NCBI GenBank assembly: GCA_016906335.1
Contig: JADEYG010000009.1
Location: forward strand, 1,240,001 to 1,304,000
Direction: 5' to 3'
Origin: Novakomyces olei
Taxonomy: Eukaryota
Length of the DNA: 64,000 nucleotides
Every line of letters begins with the position of its first letter. The first letter of the stretch is position 1. A program made the position numbers and the translations under genes. The notes beneath the pieces are model-generated. The model saw only the letters and a program-made list of their open reading frames with translations, had not been told where the DNA came from and ran no database searches. Of this stretch, positions 1 to 13,718 are shown piece by piece.

Positions 1-100
1 TGCCTCACTTCTCGTTGACTGATTGATGCAATTTGTAGATTTCGTCATAATCGGCTCCTGCTGATTGAGGAATGGAGGAAGGCGAAGATACTTGTGACAT
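1..100 (-). CDS. Probable first exon of a gene running off the left edge (MSQVSSPSSIPQSAGADYDEIYKLHQSVNE...)
   Basis: ATG at 100-98 in AAAATG context, ~31 open codons, then a GTGAGG donor-like site at ~9. No recognisable homology. Confidence 0.4.
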
Positions 101-1024
101 TTTATATTTTCGTGCCAGCTGACGGTGGTGCTCAATCGGAGGCAAATTGAAAGGCTGCCTTACGCGTCGTATATGAGGATATTATGGGTGCCTCAATAAA
201 TGTATGTAAATGCAACCCTTAAATACCGGGGTCAGCACTATATAAATCTCATTTGAAATTTAGTCTCGCTACGACACGCAACGGATATTAAACTATGGTC
301 CAATTAATCTAAGTAATAAGAAGCGGACAGAACTGGCTCAAAGCGTCTGTGAGCGCTAAATCTATGACACGCTATTTAACTTCGATTTAGATCACAGTGC
401 GAATGCAATTACGCTGTGTAATATCGCACGCCTAAATTGCTCGAGTTGAAGTCAATTACGATGCAATTGTGTGGCGGTAGTGCACACATGAAGCCAATTT
501 TCGGCTGATTCTCATGCAGGCGTAGACATTTATGGTATGATAGCGCAGGAGACACGTATTGTAATCTACAAACCGAGTTTATGCTAAATCCATTTCCTGA
601 TAGTTGAGGTATATTTGCCACTGCAATAACTAGTAATCCTCCTCAGTTTTCAGATTGAATTCGAAAATGTAGCCGTGCAGGTTGAAAGGTATAAATCACT
701 ATATAACTGCAATTCATCACTAGTCCAAAATACCTTTAGTATTAATTAGAAACAACTACGGCCGGAACAAGTCACAGGATGGAATCTACATAGGCACTGG
801 ATCACAATAAGCTCTGAGCCAACTACGAGTCTCAGACAGCTATCTGTGGCCATGTGAATTACAGACCTCGGATACATTATCACCATCTGCATGCGTGTGC
901 TATCAAGAAACTCAAGATAAATGGACACCCGGGGTACCCGTCCGTATAAATTCGCACCAATGCGCTCTCGCACCAATGCGCTCTTTATTAAATGACAGCC
1001 TTACTTAACGCCGAATACGTCAAA

Positions 1025-1043
1025 ACCCTAACCCTACCCCTAA
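1025..1043 (+). promoter_or_regulatory. Telomere-like AACCCTAACCCTACCCCTAAC box (candidate Teb1/Tbf1-type Myb site; overlaps a Homol E-like ACCCTACCC)
   Basis: Direct motif match; the same 12-mer core recurs at 9364, 11221 and 47449. Confidence 0.5.
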
Positions 1044-1661
1044 CGACTTTCGATGTTAGAGGCAGTTCTTGGACTTAACCTCCCCACCAGGTGAATGAAG
1101 ACTCAAAAGATGCTGACAGCTAACAAATACGAGTCGAAAGCCCTAGCGGAAAACAGGCTTCGTTATGTCATATGGTCTGGCTCGAAAAGTCAAAACCTCA
1201 CAATGTTCCTTGTAAAAGGCATTGCTTATAAAAACGGACGAGGCCCGTCTACGTACTTGGGACCATATGTTGTTACAGTAGATAAGCGGAATGAATTGCG
1301 ATTTAAATTGCCGAAACACAAATACAAATAATAATATAATTAAATCGCGATATTCATACTCAATTTACCATAATTTGCCAAGTAACAACAAACCGCTTAC
1401 TCCTTCGCTTATCTGTCGCACGTGAAATCTTCCACTAATGCGAACATAGAGCTCTTCACGTCAACAGCTTTAGAATGATCTGGAGCCATTACTAAAGATC
1501 GAGGCAGCCAGCATCTCTGACAAACAGTGACACGCGTCTTCTCAATTGTTTGTCGCAATTAAAGCTTGCTAGAAGAAACCGCGCAGACCTCAGAGGCACA
1601 TTGACAATCATAATAGAAAAAAAGTGCCAAGGAGAAAAGAATTAGACAACAAAGCCTTCCC

Positions 1662-4600
1662 ATGCAGAGGCACGTGCGACGGACGGCCCTAGCGGCCGCG
1701 AAAAGCACGCATATAAGAAAGCAATTTTTGCGATACAACAGTACGCTACCCGCTTCCGATTCTGCCTCTACCGATGTCTTTGCAATGCTTGACACCTTTG
1801 CACGGCGTCATTTGGGGAGCAATCACACGGACCAACAGCAGATGCTGAATAGGCTCGGGTACAAAGCAATGAATGAATTCATTAGTGATACCGTGCCTGA
1901 AGGTGTACTGGCGCCTGAATCGTTCCGCATGGGACAAGAGTCTTCTGGGCTTACCGAGTCCGAGATTTTGAGCCGTGTAGAGGAAATCAAGGCACAAAAT
2001 CGCGTTGTCACCTCTTTTATTGGAAATGGGTACTACGGAACTATCGTTCCTCCTATCATTCTGCGTAATGTTCTTGAGAACCCACTGTGGTACACGCCCT
2101 ACACGCCTTATCAAGCAGAAATTTCACAGGGTACGTATGAGTTTTATGTCTGTTTGGTGCATATTCGCGTGTTTTGATTTGTGCGCGTATAATTTGAGGC
2201 CTATAATTATTATGGCTTTCAAGATGTGCCTGATTATTCTATCTGATTTATCAGTTCTTTTACTTTACTAATTAATTACACCCACTCTGTTTTCTTTCTT
2301 TTTAATGATCACGCGTTTTAACTGTTTGATTGTTTGCTTTATTTTCTAAATTGCAACAGGACGTTTGGAAATGCTGGTTAATTTTCAGACTGTGGTATCA
2401 GACTTGACTGGTCTTGAAATGTCCAATGCATCACTACTAGACGAACCTACTGCGGCCGCCGAGGCTATGGTGCTGGCATTTAGTAATGATCGCAAGCGTC
2501 GGAAATCGGTGCTCGTCGATACTCTTGTGCGACCTCAAACCCTGGCACTTATTCAATCGAGAGCTGTTGGGTTCGGTATACAAGTTGATGTACGGAATGT
2601 CCATGAAACCCATGATTTTGCAGACTACTTTGCCGTTCTCGTCCAGTACCCTGGCAACAATGGAGCTGTACACGACTATTCCGACTTGGCTCAAGCTGTG
2701 CACACGAATGGTGGCAGTGTTATTGCCGCGACGGATCTTTTGGCTCTCACTTTGCTTAAACCACCAGGCGAATGGGGAGCAGATATAGCAGTAGGATCTG
2801 CGCAAAGGCTCGGTGTTCCAATGGGATTTGGTGGTCCACATGCTGGATTTTTTGCCTGCAGTAATGCTTTGAAACGCAGAATCCCTGGCCGTATTATCGG
2901 GCTCAGTAAAGACCGTCTGGGCCAGCCTGCTTACCGCCTGGCTCTGCAAACGCGAGAGCAGCATATACGTCGGGAGAAGGCGACTAGCAATATCTGCACG
3001 GCTCAGGCTCTCCTGGCTAATATGAGTGCCATGTACTGTATTTATCACGGACCAGAGGGCATTACAAACATTGCGCGCCGCGTATACGCCCTCACTACTC
3101 TGCTAGCAGAGGCAATCAAGGCTAAATCAGACTTTTATACGCTGCAGAACGACACTTGGTTTGATACTTTAACCCTAGGGCTTGCTCAAACGGAGGGAAG
3201 TGGAGCAGCAGAGTTTGTGGAAAGTCTGGCTAGGCAGAATGACGGCTTGAACCTGCGACTTGTAGATAATTCCACTGTCTCTGTGTCCTTGGACGAAACT
3301 ACGACGTTACAGGACTTGGAGAAACTATGGACCGGACTGCGTTTGCCTTCCGATCCTCTTAAATTTGCCGAAGAGTCTCGGGCTAACCTGACTGCCGTCT
3401 GGCCCAGTTTTGTTCGGACTAGCAGGTTTTTGCAGCATCCAACGTTCAATAAGTATCATTCAGAGACGGAAATGTTACGGTACCTGACACATTTGCAGCA
3501 AAAAGATCTTTCCCTGGCTCATTCTATGATTCCTCTGGGGTCGTGTACTATGAAGCTTAATGCGACGGTGGAAATGCAATCAATTAGCGCACCAGAGTTT
3601 GCGAATATACACCCGTTTGCTCCAAGCGAGCAGACAAAAGGGTATTCTATCTTGATAAAGGAACTAGAAGACGATCTGGCAAAGATAACTGGGCTTGATG
3701 GCGTATCCCTGCAGCCAAATTCCGGTGCTAATGGCGAATTTACGGGCTTACGTGTTATAAAAGCGTATTTCAATGATACGCAGCCGGACGGGAATAAGAG
3801 ACGCGTCTGTCTTATTCCCGTTTCTGCGCACGGAACAAATCCGGCTTCTGCAGTTATGGCAGGAATGGACGTCGTTTCCATAAAATGTCTGCCAAACGGT
3901 GATCTCGATATGGATGATATGCAAGCAAAAGTTACAAAACACTCAAAGAACTTGGCAGCCTTTATGGTCACTTATCCTAGTACATTTGGTGTTTTTGAAG
4001 TTACCGTGCGCAAAGCTATTGATTTGGTTCATAGCCATGGCGGTCAAGTATATATGGTATTTATTTGATTTTAATTATTTGATTCTAATTAATTATTCAT
4101 TTTAATTTAATTTATTCATGTGTTTTCAATCAATGACACGTGAGAAATGCACATTCTATTCTTTGCTATCTAGTGTTGATTCGTCTTTTTATTCCCCCTA
4201 AACAGCATTCAATATGTTCCCAGCTTGATGCTAATCAAGCAGGACGGGGCAAACATGAACGCTCAAATCGGCCTGACGTCCCCCGGATATTTGGGCGCAG
4301 ATGTGTGCCATCTCAATCTGCACAAGACATTTTGCATTCCGCATGGCGGTGGTGGCCCAGGAGTCGGGCCAATCTGCGTGTAAGTTACTCTTTATATTTA
4401 TTACGATATCAAATTGATTCATTTCTTGTCTGTTTATCTTTTATTACTGCCATTTGATTTTTCGTTCTCGATATATTTCCCAATTTCTTTGCTCACTTTC
4501 TAGGAAATCTCACTTGGCCCCCTACCTACCAGGCCACCCGTTGTGTAAGGAAATAACGGCAAAGACATCGATTCTTCCGGTTTCTGGTGCACCATACGGT

Positions 4601-5209
4601 TCTGCAGGAATTCTATCAATCTCGTGGGCTTATATAAAAATGATGGGCGGTCGTGGACTGACACAGGCTACTGAACTGGCGCTTTTGAACGCGAATTACA
4701 TGGCAGCCCAATTAGCGCCCCATTACAAGATTTTGTACACGAACAGAAACGGCCGCTGCGCTCACGAATTCATAATTGACTTGCGTATGTTTGATAAGTC
4801 TGCTGGAATACAGGCTTCGGATGTAGCAAAGCGGCTGTGTGACTATGGATTCCATGCTCCAACCTTGAGCTGGCCAGTCACAAACACTCTGATGGTGGAG
4901 CCCACAGAGAGCGAAAGCAGGGACGAGATGGACAGGTTTTGTGATGCAATGATAGCAATTCGACAAGAGATTAGAGAGATCGAAAGTGGTGACCAGCCTC
5001 GTGATAATAATATACTAAAAAATGCGCCGCATCCTCAAGTCGATGTGATTATCGATCCAGAGAGCTGGAATCGGCCCTATTCGCCAGAAAAGGCCGCCTA
5101 CCCTCTTCCGCACCTTCGGAGCAGAAAGTTTTGGCCTAGTGTTGCCCGACTCGATGATAGTTATGGCGATTTGAACCTCTTTTGCACGTGTGCTCCAGTT
5201 GAAGAATGA
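1662..5209 (+). CDS. GCV2: Glycine decarboxylase P-protein (glycine cleavage system), mitochondrial; exons ~1662-2130, 2360-4056, 4243-4379, 4504-5209
   Basis: Motifs [51 protein letters not shown] and HLNLHKTF (PLP lysine). GT..AG introns restore the frame. Arg-rich presequence. Confidence 0.97.
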
Positions 5210-5918
5210 TTGACCAAACGGATCGAGACGAGAAGTGAACAGCATTGCGCTAGTAATTCAACATTACAGCGAGCGCCCTGTCCTCTTTACACTATTCGAT
5301 TATTTGCCATTTTGGCTAAATTCTATGGTGAAGGATACGTGTCATGCACGCATCTTGGCTAGACTGCACCAGCACACACTCTACCCTGTTTATTACCCTG
5401 CATTCAACTGACGGCTTGCTTTTGTTTTGGATCATACAATTTTAATCTAATCAAATCGTTTATTAGACTTCAACAACACGCCATTTATTTATGAGCTCGT
5501 TGCATATTCCAGCAATTGCATACTAAAGCGCATTAGATGTAGATTATTAGTCGCTATGCCGATATAGAAGTGTACACGGCTGATTCTGCGCACAAGCTCC
5601 AGCATCGTTTTGGCTAAGGCTGTATGTCCTTGGCTCAACCTGTACGGGGAATATAATATTGCGGTGCTATAACATGCACTGTGTATATATCTACTTTGGA
5701 GATCGATTCATTCTATTTAATACTGCCACTTTATATAACTGCTGCTACTTATATAACTGCAACTTTATATACAAGCAATACAGATACTTAAACTGCAGCG
5801 CAAGTATTCAACGTAAGGAAGACAAGCAAGATGATTTACGATAAACTAGGTATTTGGGAGGCGAAATAAATTTAATTAATATCGCCTGAAAATAATATCG
5901 CAATAACGAACATCACGT

Positions 5919-5951
<33 letters not shown>

Positions 5952-6049
5952 AATACTGATACGTATACAGATTTCTGTGTGGCTACAAACGTAGACAGCA
6001 CCGAGACCGTAAACCTCCTCGCTTTCGTCTATCGCAGAAAAGGATCAAA

Positions 6050-6994
6050 ATGCCGCGCGCAGAGAAAGGGACCCCCAAAGATATCGCGAACCGCATGAAG
6101 TCTAAAGGCCTTCAGCGGCTCCGGTGGTACTGTCAGGCGTGTGAAAAGCAGTGCCGCGACGAAAATGGATTCAAATGCCACACCATGTCAGAAGCTCATG
6201 TTCGGCAGATCCAAATGCTGGCACAGAACCCCGGCCGGCACATTGCAGAGTATTCCAGCCGGTTCAAAGGCGATTTTCTTCAGCTGCTGCGGACTGCACA
6301 CGGCGAGAAACGTGTGCAGTTCAATCAGTTCTACCAAGAGTATATCCGTGACAAAAACCATGTGCATTTGAATGCTACACGCTGGAAGACACTCACCGAG
6401 TTTTGCCACTTTCTTGGACGCGAAGGTATTTGCCGTGTCGAAGACTCGGAGAAAGGTTTGTTTGTATCGTACATCGACAATACACCAGAGGCTATGAAAC
6501 GGAGAGAAGCGATTGCTAAACGCGATCGCATGTTTAAAGACGACGAGGAACGGGAGCAGAGTCTGCTGCGTGAGCAAGTTGAGAGGTCACAGCAGCAGAC
6601 GGCTACTGTGATGACTGCCTCTCCTTCTCAAGGATCTGTTTCCTTTGATCCGTCTCGCTCAGAGCTGAAGCGTGATGCACCTTTAAAATTAGGCTTCTCC
6701 TTGAAAAAGGCAGAGACACAGCGCGAGCAAGACGGTGGCTCGGGGACGCTAACGGCTGCTCCCCTTACCAATACGACCGCTGCCCCGCATAAAGCACCTG
6801 TAAATGTGTTTGCGATGGCCACCAAAAAGCAGCCAAAGGCTCCTTCACCGCCTTCTACAGGCTCCATGCCAGCTAAGCCTTTATCCGCTGCGCAGCGTAT
6901 AATGCAGCACGAGCAGGAAATGGAGCGGCGCAAAGCAGAGAGGCAAGCGGGCTATATACAGGACGGGGACGCAAAACGTATTAAATCGCATTAG
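6050..6994 (+). CDS. KIN17: KIN17/Rts2 zinc-finger protein
   Basis: KSKGLQRLRWYCQACEKQCRDENGFKCH and HVHLNATRWKTLTEF motifs; single exon. Confidence 0.95.
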   Translation: MPRAEKGTPKDIANRMKSKGLQRLRWYCQACEKQCRDENGFKCHTMSEAHVRQIQMLAQNPGRHIAEYSSRFKGDFLQLLRTAHGEKRVQFNQFYQEYIRDKNHVHLNATRWKTLTEFCHFLGREGICRVEDSEKGLFVSYIDNTPEAMKRREAIAKRDRMFKDDEEREQSLLREQVERSQQQTATVMTASPSQGSVSFDPSRSELKRDAPLKLGFSLKKAETQREQDGGSGTLTAAPLTNTTAAPHKAPVNVFAMATKKQPKAPSPPSTGSMPAKPLSAAQRIMQHEQEMERRKAERQAGYIQDGDAKRIKSH

Positions 6995-7433
6995 GTGTAC
7001 GCAAACTGATTAAATCTACGGGACAGAATACATAAAAGCCTCGAGCTTGGAATTGAGTGTACAAGGTCTCGGTGTCGCAAGTTGGACTGGAACATGCTGT
7101 TGTCCAATGCGGCTCGCAACCTGGAACGGAACTGATACTAAAAGTTTTACGTTCTTGGACATTTACCAAGTGAGAAAACCAAAAGGTTTTTTAGCCGTAA
7201 ATGGTCTGGGGAAAGCAAAGTGCCTAGACTGCTTCTACAGCGCTATAATGCTCTGATTGGTTCTACATACCTTCAGAATGAAGCACGCTTGGAATCAAGA
7301 CGATACCAAGACGAAGGGCGAAAGGACTGCTTGACCCTTGTATATTAAGACTTTATCAAACATTGTTAGTTTCTATGGAAAGTGCCGAATTTTAAGAAAC
7401 CAATGGCCGTACAGGCTAAAGCAAACAATCACA

Positions 7434-9059
7434 TTAGGCAGTTTCCTCAACCATGTAGATTCCATGCTCCTTGAGCTTGGCCATGATCGGGTCATTGATT
7501 TCCGGAGACATGGGTGCCAAAACACCTGGTGTGTTGATGACACCGTCGAGTATGAGCTGAGTGGCAACTCCGCAAGGAACGCCAACAAGTTTGGCCATGG
7601 ACGAGTAGCCCTTGGGGTCGCCATAGTCGATAAGCGTGGAGAAACGAGTCTCAGCCTTACCGTCTTTGTCCTCAATATCAAACCGGTGCTGGAGGCAAAG
7701 CATGTCACGCTCTCCAGGGCCGTACTGCATCTTTTTCTCCAGCGTTGCGCAGAGAGTGTCCAATGGGTTTCCACGGGGAGTAATATTGACAGAAGGCGAA
7801 AATAGATCCAACCACTTCAATCCGTTCAAAATTTGTTTCTTTTCCTCTGTGCTATCAAACTTGGTTTTGCTAGAGATTGCCCACTCGAGCTCCTTCTCGT
7901 CACTAGAAGAGGCGCCAAGGACCTTTTGCAGTGCCTCAGCCCAGGGAATCGGCTTAGTCAGAAAGTCTTTCGGATCCTCCGACAAGAATCCAATATCTAC
8001 AAGCGTGCGCACGAATGGCGTGAAGCGCTCATAGCGCAGAGTTCCACGAAGAACAGTCTCTGCCTCAGGGATCTTGTACAAGTCACGGTAAAGCGTGGAA
8101 TCACGGTTCGGGTAGCACACAAAATCGAAGCCAGGGATAGAGGTGTAGGGCTTTGCTGCGCTCATCAAGTCAGTACCATTAACGGTGACAATCTTTCCGT
8201 TGTCATAGTATTTAGCAGAGTTTCTCAGCGCCAGTAAAACACCTCGCGAGGACCATGAAAACTTGTATCCCAACGGATTATCCGCACACTCGGGCGCCGG
8301 AAGACCACCACAGAAGGAAATGAAACGCTTGATTTTGCCGCCCTGGCCGTGCACCTCAGAAATGGTCTTGACAGCGTACAAATGGTCCACACCCGGGTCC
8401 ACACCGATCTCGTTCATAATGATACACCCAGCGTCTTTGGCTCTAGAAATTAATTAATAAACTCAATCAAGAACATGATAATAAAAGAGAACGATTACTA
8501 GCAAAGAACCGTAGAATGGAGAGATCCAAAGTCGATAAAAGAAAATGGATAAAAAAGAAAATGGAATAGATTTACGTTCAAACTTACTCTTGCGAAAGAG
8601 CGCGGATAGCATCAGAGACATAAGAGGTAGTGCACACGTGCTTCTTGTGCTTGATTGCCGCCTTGATCACCTTGACGTGATAGGTGTAAGGAATCAGGCT
8701 GGTGGGTTAGCCAAGTGCCTTGCACGAGCAACTGCTTCGTATGCTTATATTACCTGATGGTCAGATCATGCTCAGAGACAGCCTTTTCCAAAGCAGCTTC
8801 GTCATTGACGTCCAATTCCAAAGCGCTCGTGTTGGGAATGCCTTTGATGAAGTCTTGAGCCTTTTGAAGCGAGCGGCAAGCTGGTTCACTCTTAGCACAT
8901 AATTATTGCAAATAGACAAGTTTAATTCAATTATACGCGTCTGCCAATGGGCCCGATCGTACCTACTGTAACCGCATTGCCATTCTCCTTGGCCAGATAA
9001 GACAGTGTAGGGTGCGCCACGAAACCAGCACCCAGCAAAAGAATCTTTTTGCCTGCCAT
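7434..9059 (-). CDS. LYS9: Saccharopine dehydrogenase (NADP+, L-glutamate-forming), multi-exon
   Basis: N-terminus MAGKKILLLGAGFVA; NEIGVDPGVDHLYA; CGGLPAPECADNPLGYKFSWSSRG; several short 5' introns. Confidence 0.96.
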
Positions 9060-9363
9060 TTTGATTGATTAATCACAGGTTTGGGTCAGAATTTTATCAA
9101 TATCGACTTATGAAAAATAAATCATTTCTTACAAAATAGCCGCCCGCAGTCGTATACTTTGCTCAGAGAAAAGAAAACAGGTAATATCGCCCTTACTTTT
9201 GCGAGGCGGTGTAGCCTGTAATACTATTAGCGCGATATAGTATGGCAGAAAACGTGCCTAGAAGGTAAGCAATATTATAGACAGAGACGAATAGCAAAAG
9301 GTGGACTATGATATTGCATTATAACATATTGCTCTATATTATACTAATATTATGCGAATATTA

Positions 9364-9378
9364 TTAGGGTTAGGGTTA
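9364..9378 (-). promoter_or_regulatory. TTAGGGTTAGGGTTA box in the LYS9/derlin divergent promoter
   Basis: 2.5 perfect telomere-type repeats in intergenic DNA. Confidence 0.5.
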
Positions 9379-9443
9379 ATATTATACTAATTATACAATT
9401 AAAATGCCACGTCGATTCCAACCTTTGCTTTGGTTCGCGCAAT

Positions 9444-9943
9444 ATGTCGCGCAGTGAGATCGTAGAGTAGGCCGATGCCTCTTTTAACGATACTGAATGA
9501 GACAGGTTCTACAACTCGGTACCGATTGTTACGCGTTCACTGGTGACAGGCGCCGCCAGCCTATCAGTACTGTGTGCGATTGGCATCGTATCGCCTTACA
9601 AGGTGCAGAGTCCTCGCGCTGATCCGTGTGATTGCTAACGCGAACCAGGTTCTGAACATTTGGACACTCGTGTTTTACAGAGGCGAGTACTGGCGGCCCG
9701 TGACGAGCTTCCTCTACGCCGGCAGCGGAGTCAACCTCGCTTTTGCTTTGTACATGTGTACGATTGGCCACAATTGCTCGAATCTAACTGTCTAGTGTAC
9801 AACCAGAGCACCAACGTCGAAACACAGCTGTTTTCGTATTCGCCGGCTGATTATGTGGTCTACCTGCTTAGCCAGGTGGCCGTTATTCTGGTATGCTTGC
9901 CTGTCCGCACTGCAGACGATCCGGCTGTCTTGTTTAGTTTAGT

Positions 9944-9998
<55 letters not shown>

Positions 9999-10516
9999 TT
10001 TGTTTATTTATTTTAAAGCACCGGTTAGGCTTTTGTTCTGCTGCTAACGTGCAGGGTCTGAGCACTGTTGTCGGCGGAAATTTTCACTTCAATACGCTGC
10101 TTGTCTCCCTCATGTACACTTGGTCACAGACCTTCCCAGAGACGCGGGTTTCCTTTCTGTATGGGATACAGTTTGCCGCAAAGTTTCTTACGCCCGCAAT
10201 GCTGGGACTGACGTTTTTGACTGCTGGAGTAGACGCCACTTTGCAACAGGCCACGGGGATCGTGGCCGCCTACGCTTATGGTTACGTGAAGAGAACACGT
10301 CCCCGCTACACTAGAGCTCCCAGCTTTCTCGAAAGATTGTTGAACAGCAGATCTGCGCGTGGAGGCAGTTCGGGCGGACCGACTGCACGATCTTTTGGCA
10401 CCGTTTATCCGTCAAGGTCTGCCGATAGTTCCACGCGTTCTTCTTCCCACCGTGCCCAGGGCACGTCTTCCTCCTCGTATTTTAGCTCTCGTGGCCATAG
10501 ATTAGGATCACTGTGA
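9444..10516 (+). CDS. Derlin (Der1/Dfm1 family ERAD membrane protein), 5 exons
   Basis: Spliced product MSRSEIVEFYNSVPIVTR...GEYWRPVTSFLY (WR motif); C-terminal SHP-like box FSSRGHRLG. Confidence 0.88.
9941..10014 (+). repeat. (TTTA)n microsatellite inside a derlin intron
   Basis: Direct observation, ~18 units. Confidence 0.95.
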
Positions 10517-11244
10517 TTCCTAAAAGTTTAGATGATACCTGACGCATGTTATGTTTTGTTTCCGAGGGGTGGTGGCGGTATGACGATAGCTGTGACTAGG
10601 GGACATTCAATTAGAAACATTGTATTTTTGTTTGTTTTGTATTTAGATTCATATCCTTTTAAATTTTGGTTTGGTCCACATTTCAACAAACATACTGTAT
10701 TGCAGGGAATATGAGAACGCTTTTATGCAGCCGTGATTTTCCTCGCAATATAAACCTGCCTACACTTAAATCTATCCTTTGCACATGCTGTATATACCAA
10801 TCAATCTCACAATTATTCACTAGCATTACTTTCCTTGTATTTTGTACAGAATCCATAAACGCAAGGCTCAGAAATAGAGCGAAGAGGGAAACCAGCTTGA
10901 GATAAATAAATAAATCAAACAAGACTAAAAAAATTTGATCCTAAACTGAATGACAATTTAAATATTGATTATAAAGCGCGTACAAATAAGTTGAAAGCAA
11001 AAAGCATACAAAAAAATCAGTTTTCATATATATATGTATCAATCGATTGAACCCAATGACGCAGGCAATCCAAACTGTTTGCGCATAACGATTCTAAAGT
11101 ATTTCATCACAATCTTGAAATCATTTTACTCCTTTCAAGAGCCGTCCAAGAATTTCTCATTCTGTATCTCTGTTTTTCCATTTCCATTTCCATTTACCTT
11201 TCCAAAAACGCGTCAGGATCAGGGTTAGGGTTATATCATCCGAT

Positions 11245-12711
11245 TTATTGAGGGAAAAAGTATGCACCCTGCTGCTGTCGAGCATGGTCCATGTTGGTAT
11301 GATGCGGATGCATCCCCGGCGCTTGCTGCTGATTCAAGTTCTGGCCCTGATGTTGCATTTGGCGTCCATGCATATCCTGCTCTTGCCGGCCCGGCTGAGG
11401 CGGCTGGATTTGCGGACCGGTTTGGCTTTGTTGGGCTTGGTAGTGTATATGGGGGTCCTGCATCGCCGCCTGACTCATCGACGGCTGTTGCTGTCGTTGA
11501 ATATTTTGGTGATGCATTTGTGGATGGAATATCTCAGCAGAAGAAGGCTGTTGCTGCGATTGTGACTGAGGCTGCTGATGTGCACTCAGTGAAGGCAGCG
11601 TCGACTGAGCAGCGTATTGCTGGTCCGATCGATGGAGCAAATTTTGAGGATATGAATGTAACTGCTGCTGTTGCTGCAGAGCAGAAGCTGGTGGAAGTTG
11701 GCCAGTAACCGAAGGCTGCTGCTGCTGCTGCTGGCTCTGCTGGTTTTGCTGCTGGTTTTGCTGCTGGCTCTGCTGCTGATACATACTCAGGCCTTGGTAG
11801 TAGTCGTCCGTGGGCGGCTTTCCCGGCATATAGTGCTGCATTACAGGCGGTGGTGGGATAGCTGATCCAGCGGGCCCCATCATTGGTGGAGGCTGGTGGG
11901 ATCCATTGGGAGGGTAAACTGGACTTATACGAGGAATGCCCTTGTCATGCGCAGCCGCAGGGTACCCGCGCGCATCGGCAGCGGAGGGGATATGCTGGTG
12001 GTGGTGGTGCGCATGGTGCTGAGCCTGGTGCTGGATTGGCGGCGGAGGATTATGCTGCTGAGGCTGAGGCTGCTGCTGGTACGATCTTGAGATGTACATA
12101 TCCTCTCTCGGCACAATGTCGATAAGAAAATCAAACATGTCTGCCTTGCTAATGGCCACGGCAATGTCTCCGCGCTGAAGTGTCCTCCTTTTGTTTTCCT
12201 CCGCATGGATCCATGCGCGCATAGTCAGTTCCGTAATAAAAACCTCACAGCCTTTTGCAAACAGCACTGGCGCCTCTGCAGAGATCATTTTCACGTCCTC
12301 GTCCGTCTTCATTACCTTTTTGATCCGTGCCAGTGGTAAATGGTGGTTCTTGAAATCCTGATCCTGCGTCTCCAGCTGGTTAATCGTGTTTTGCCAGTAG
12401 TTTGCCATAATCTGAACATGGGCGCCAGAGAGCCCTACAATAACATTCGCAAACGCTCCACTCGTAATCGCCCGGGGGACAGATACTCCTCGAGCTACCG
12501 CGTGAGCCGCCGCACCGTACTGGCCCTCGCGTACACTGGGCTCGTAGACATAGGGCGGCTGCCTTTGCTGCTGCTGCTCAGACGAAGGTATTAATTGCTG
12601 GTTGCTCGTATAGCTGTCTGCACCGACTTGGTCTCGGCGCAAATTTCGGAGATCTGGTCCTGCGCCATCAGCTGTAAGACCGTTAAAGTATTGATCATGA
12701 GCTTCGTTCAT
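11245..12711 (-). CDS. HAP5: CCAAT-binding factor subunit Hap5/NF-YC with a long Q/P/H-rich C-terminus
   Basis: Histone fold [43 protein letters not shown]...[12 protein letters not shown]. Confidence 0.95.
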   Translation of the reverse strand: MNEAHDQYFNGLTADGAGPDLRNLRRDQVGADSYTSNQQLIPSSEQQQQRQPPYVYEPSVREGQYGAAAHAVARGVSVPRAITSGAFANVIVGLSGAHVQIMANYWQNTINQLETQDQDFKNHHLPLARIKKVMKTDEDVKMISAEAPVLFAKGCEVFITELTMRAWIHAEENKRRTLQRGDIAVAISKADMFDFLIDIVPREDMYISRSYQQQPQPQQHNPPPPIQHQAQHHAHHHHQHIPSAADARGYPAAAHDKGIPRISPVYPPNGSHQPPPMMGPAGSAIPPPPVMQHYMPGKPPTDDYYQGLSMYQQQSQQQNQQQNQQSQQQQQQPSVTGQLPPASALQQQQQLHSYPQNLLHRSDQQYAAQSTLPSLSAHQQPQSQSQQQPSSAEIFHPQMHHQNIQRQQQPSMSQAAMQDPHIHYQAQQSQTGPQIQPPQPGRQEQDMHGRQMQHQGQNLNQQQAPGMHPHHTNMDHARQQQGAYFFPQ

Positions 12712-12993
12712 TAGTGGGCCTTTTTCCAAACAAAAAGCACGACGACTTTGCAAATTTGGTTTGCACGTTAGATTCGGCCTAGAGAAAAATCAGAAACGCG
12801 CGTGTGGATATCCAGTCGCAATTGCCAATATGAATTAAGGATTTGCAGGCGCTACGAGTGGAAGCGCAGGGCTGCTGCGACAACGACACCTTGCGATAAT
12901 AGTATTTGCCTCAAATTCCTGTGTTTACAATACCAGCAGAGGGATCAGCTGTCGTGGACAACAAACGTTGACTGTCAAGTAATCAAAAGTTGC

Positions 12994-13299
<306 letters not shown>

Positions 13300-13718
13300 G
13301 CCTTTTTATGCCCTCTAGAATTGTTTGTCGCGTCAGACTGGAGTATGAGTTGGGCGGCCTAAACTAATACTCCCCGAGAATTTTCTTTAGATGAGACGGC
13401 GCCATGAGCTCAATTTATCAATCTTTTTTCGTTCTACTAATTTTGATTATAGGCCAGGCCAGCAACGAGTACACGCAAATTCCAAAAGCAATAAGCGTTT
13501 TAATCATTTATCTACAATTAACAAAGACCGGCTCGAACGATCTTTTACTCATTAGAGTCCAGATAATCACTATTAACAGTCATCAACAAATATAAACAAA
13601 ATAAAAGGGCTTGCATATTCCGGAAAAAAAAAGGCCTTCTCAAGCTAACGGGATTCACGCTTGGCTTTTAATTTTCAAATAAAAATACGCCTCAAAACCC
13701 GTGAAAGTTATTTCCTTC

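Noticed and set aside
1211-1221. GCCTTTTAC on the minus strand, identical to U5 snRNA loop 1
   Set aside because: Flanks do not form the U5 stem and no Sm site follows; probably chance.
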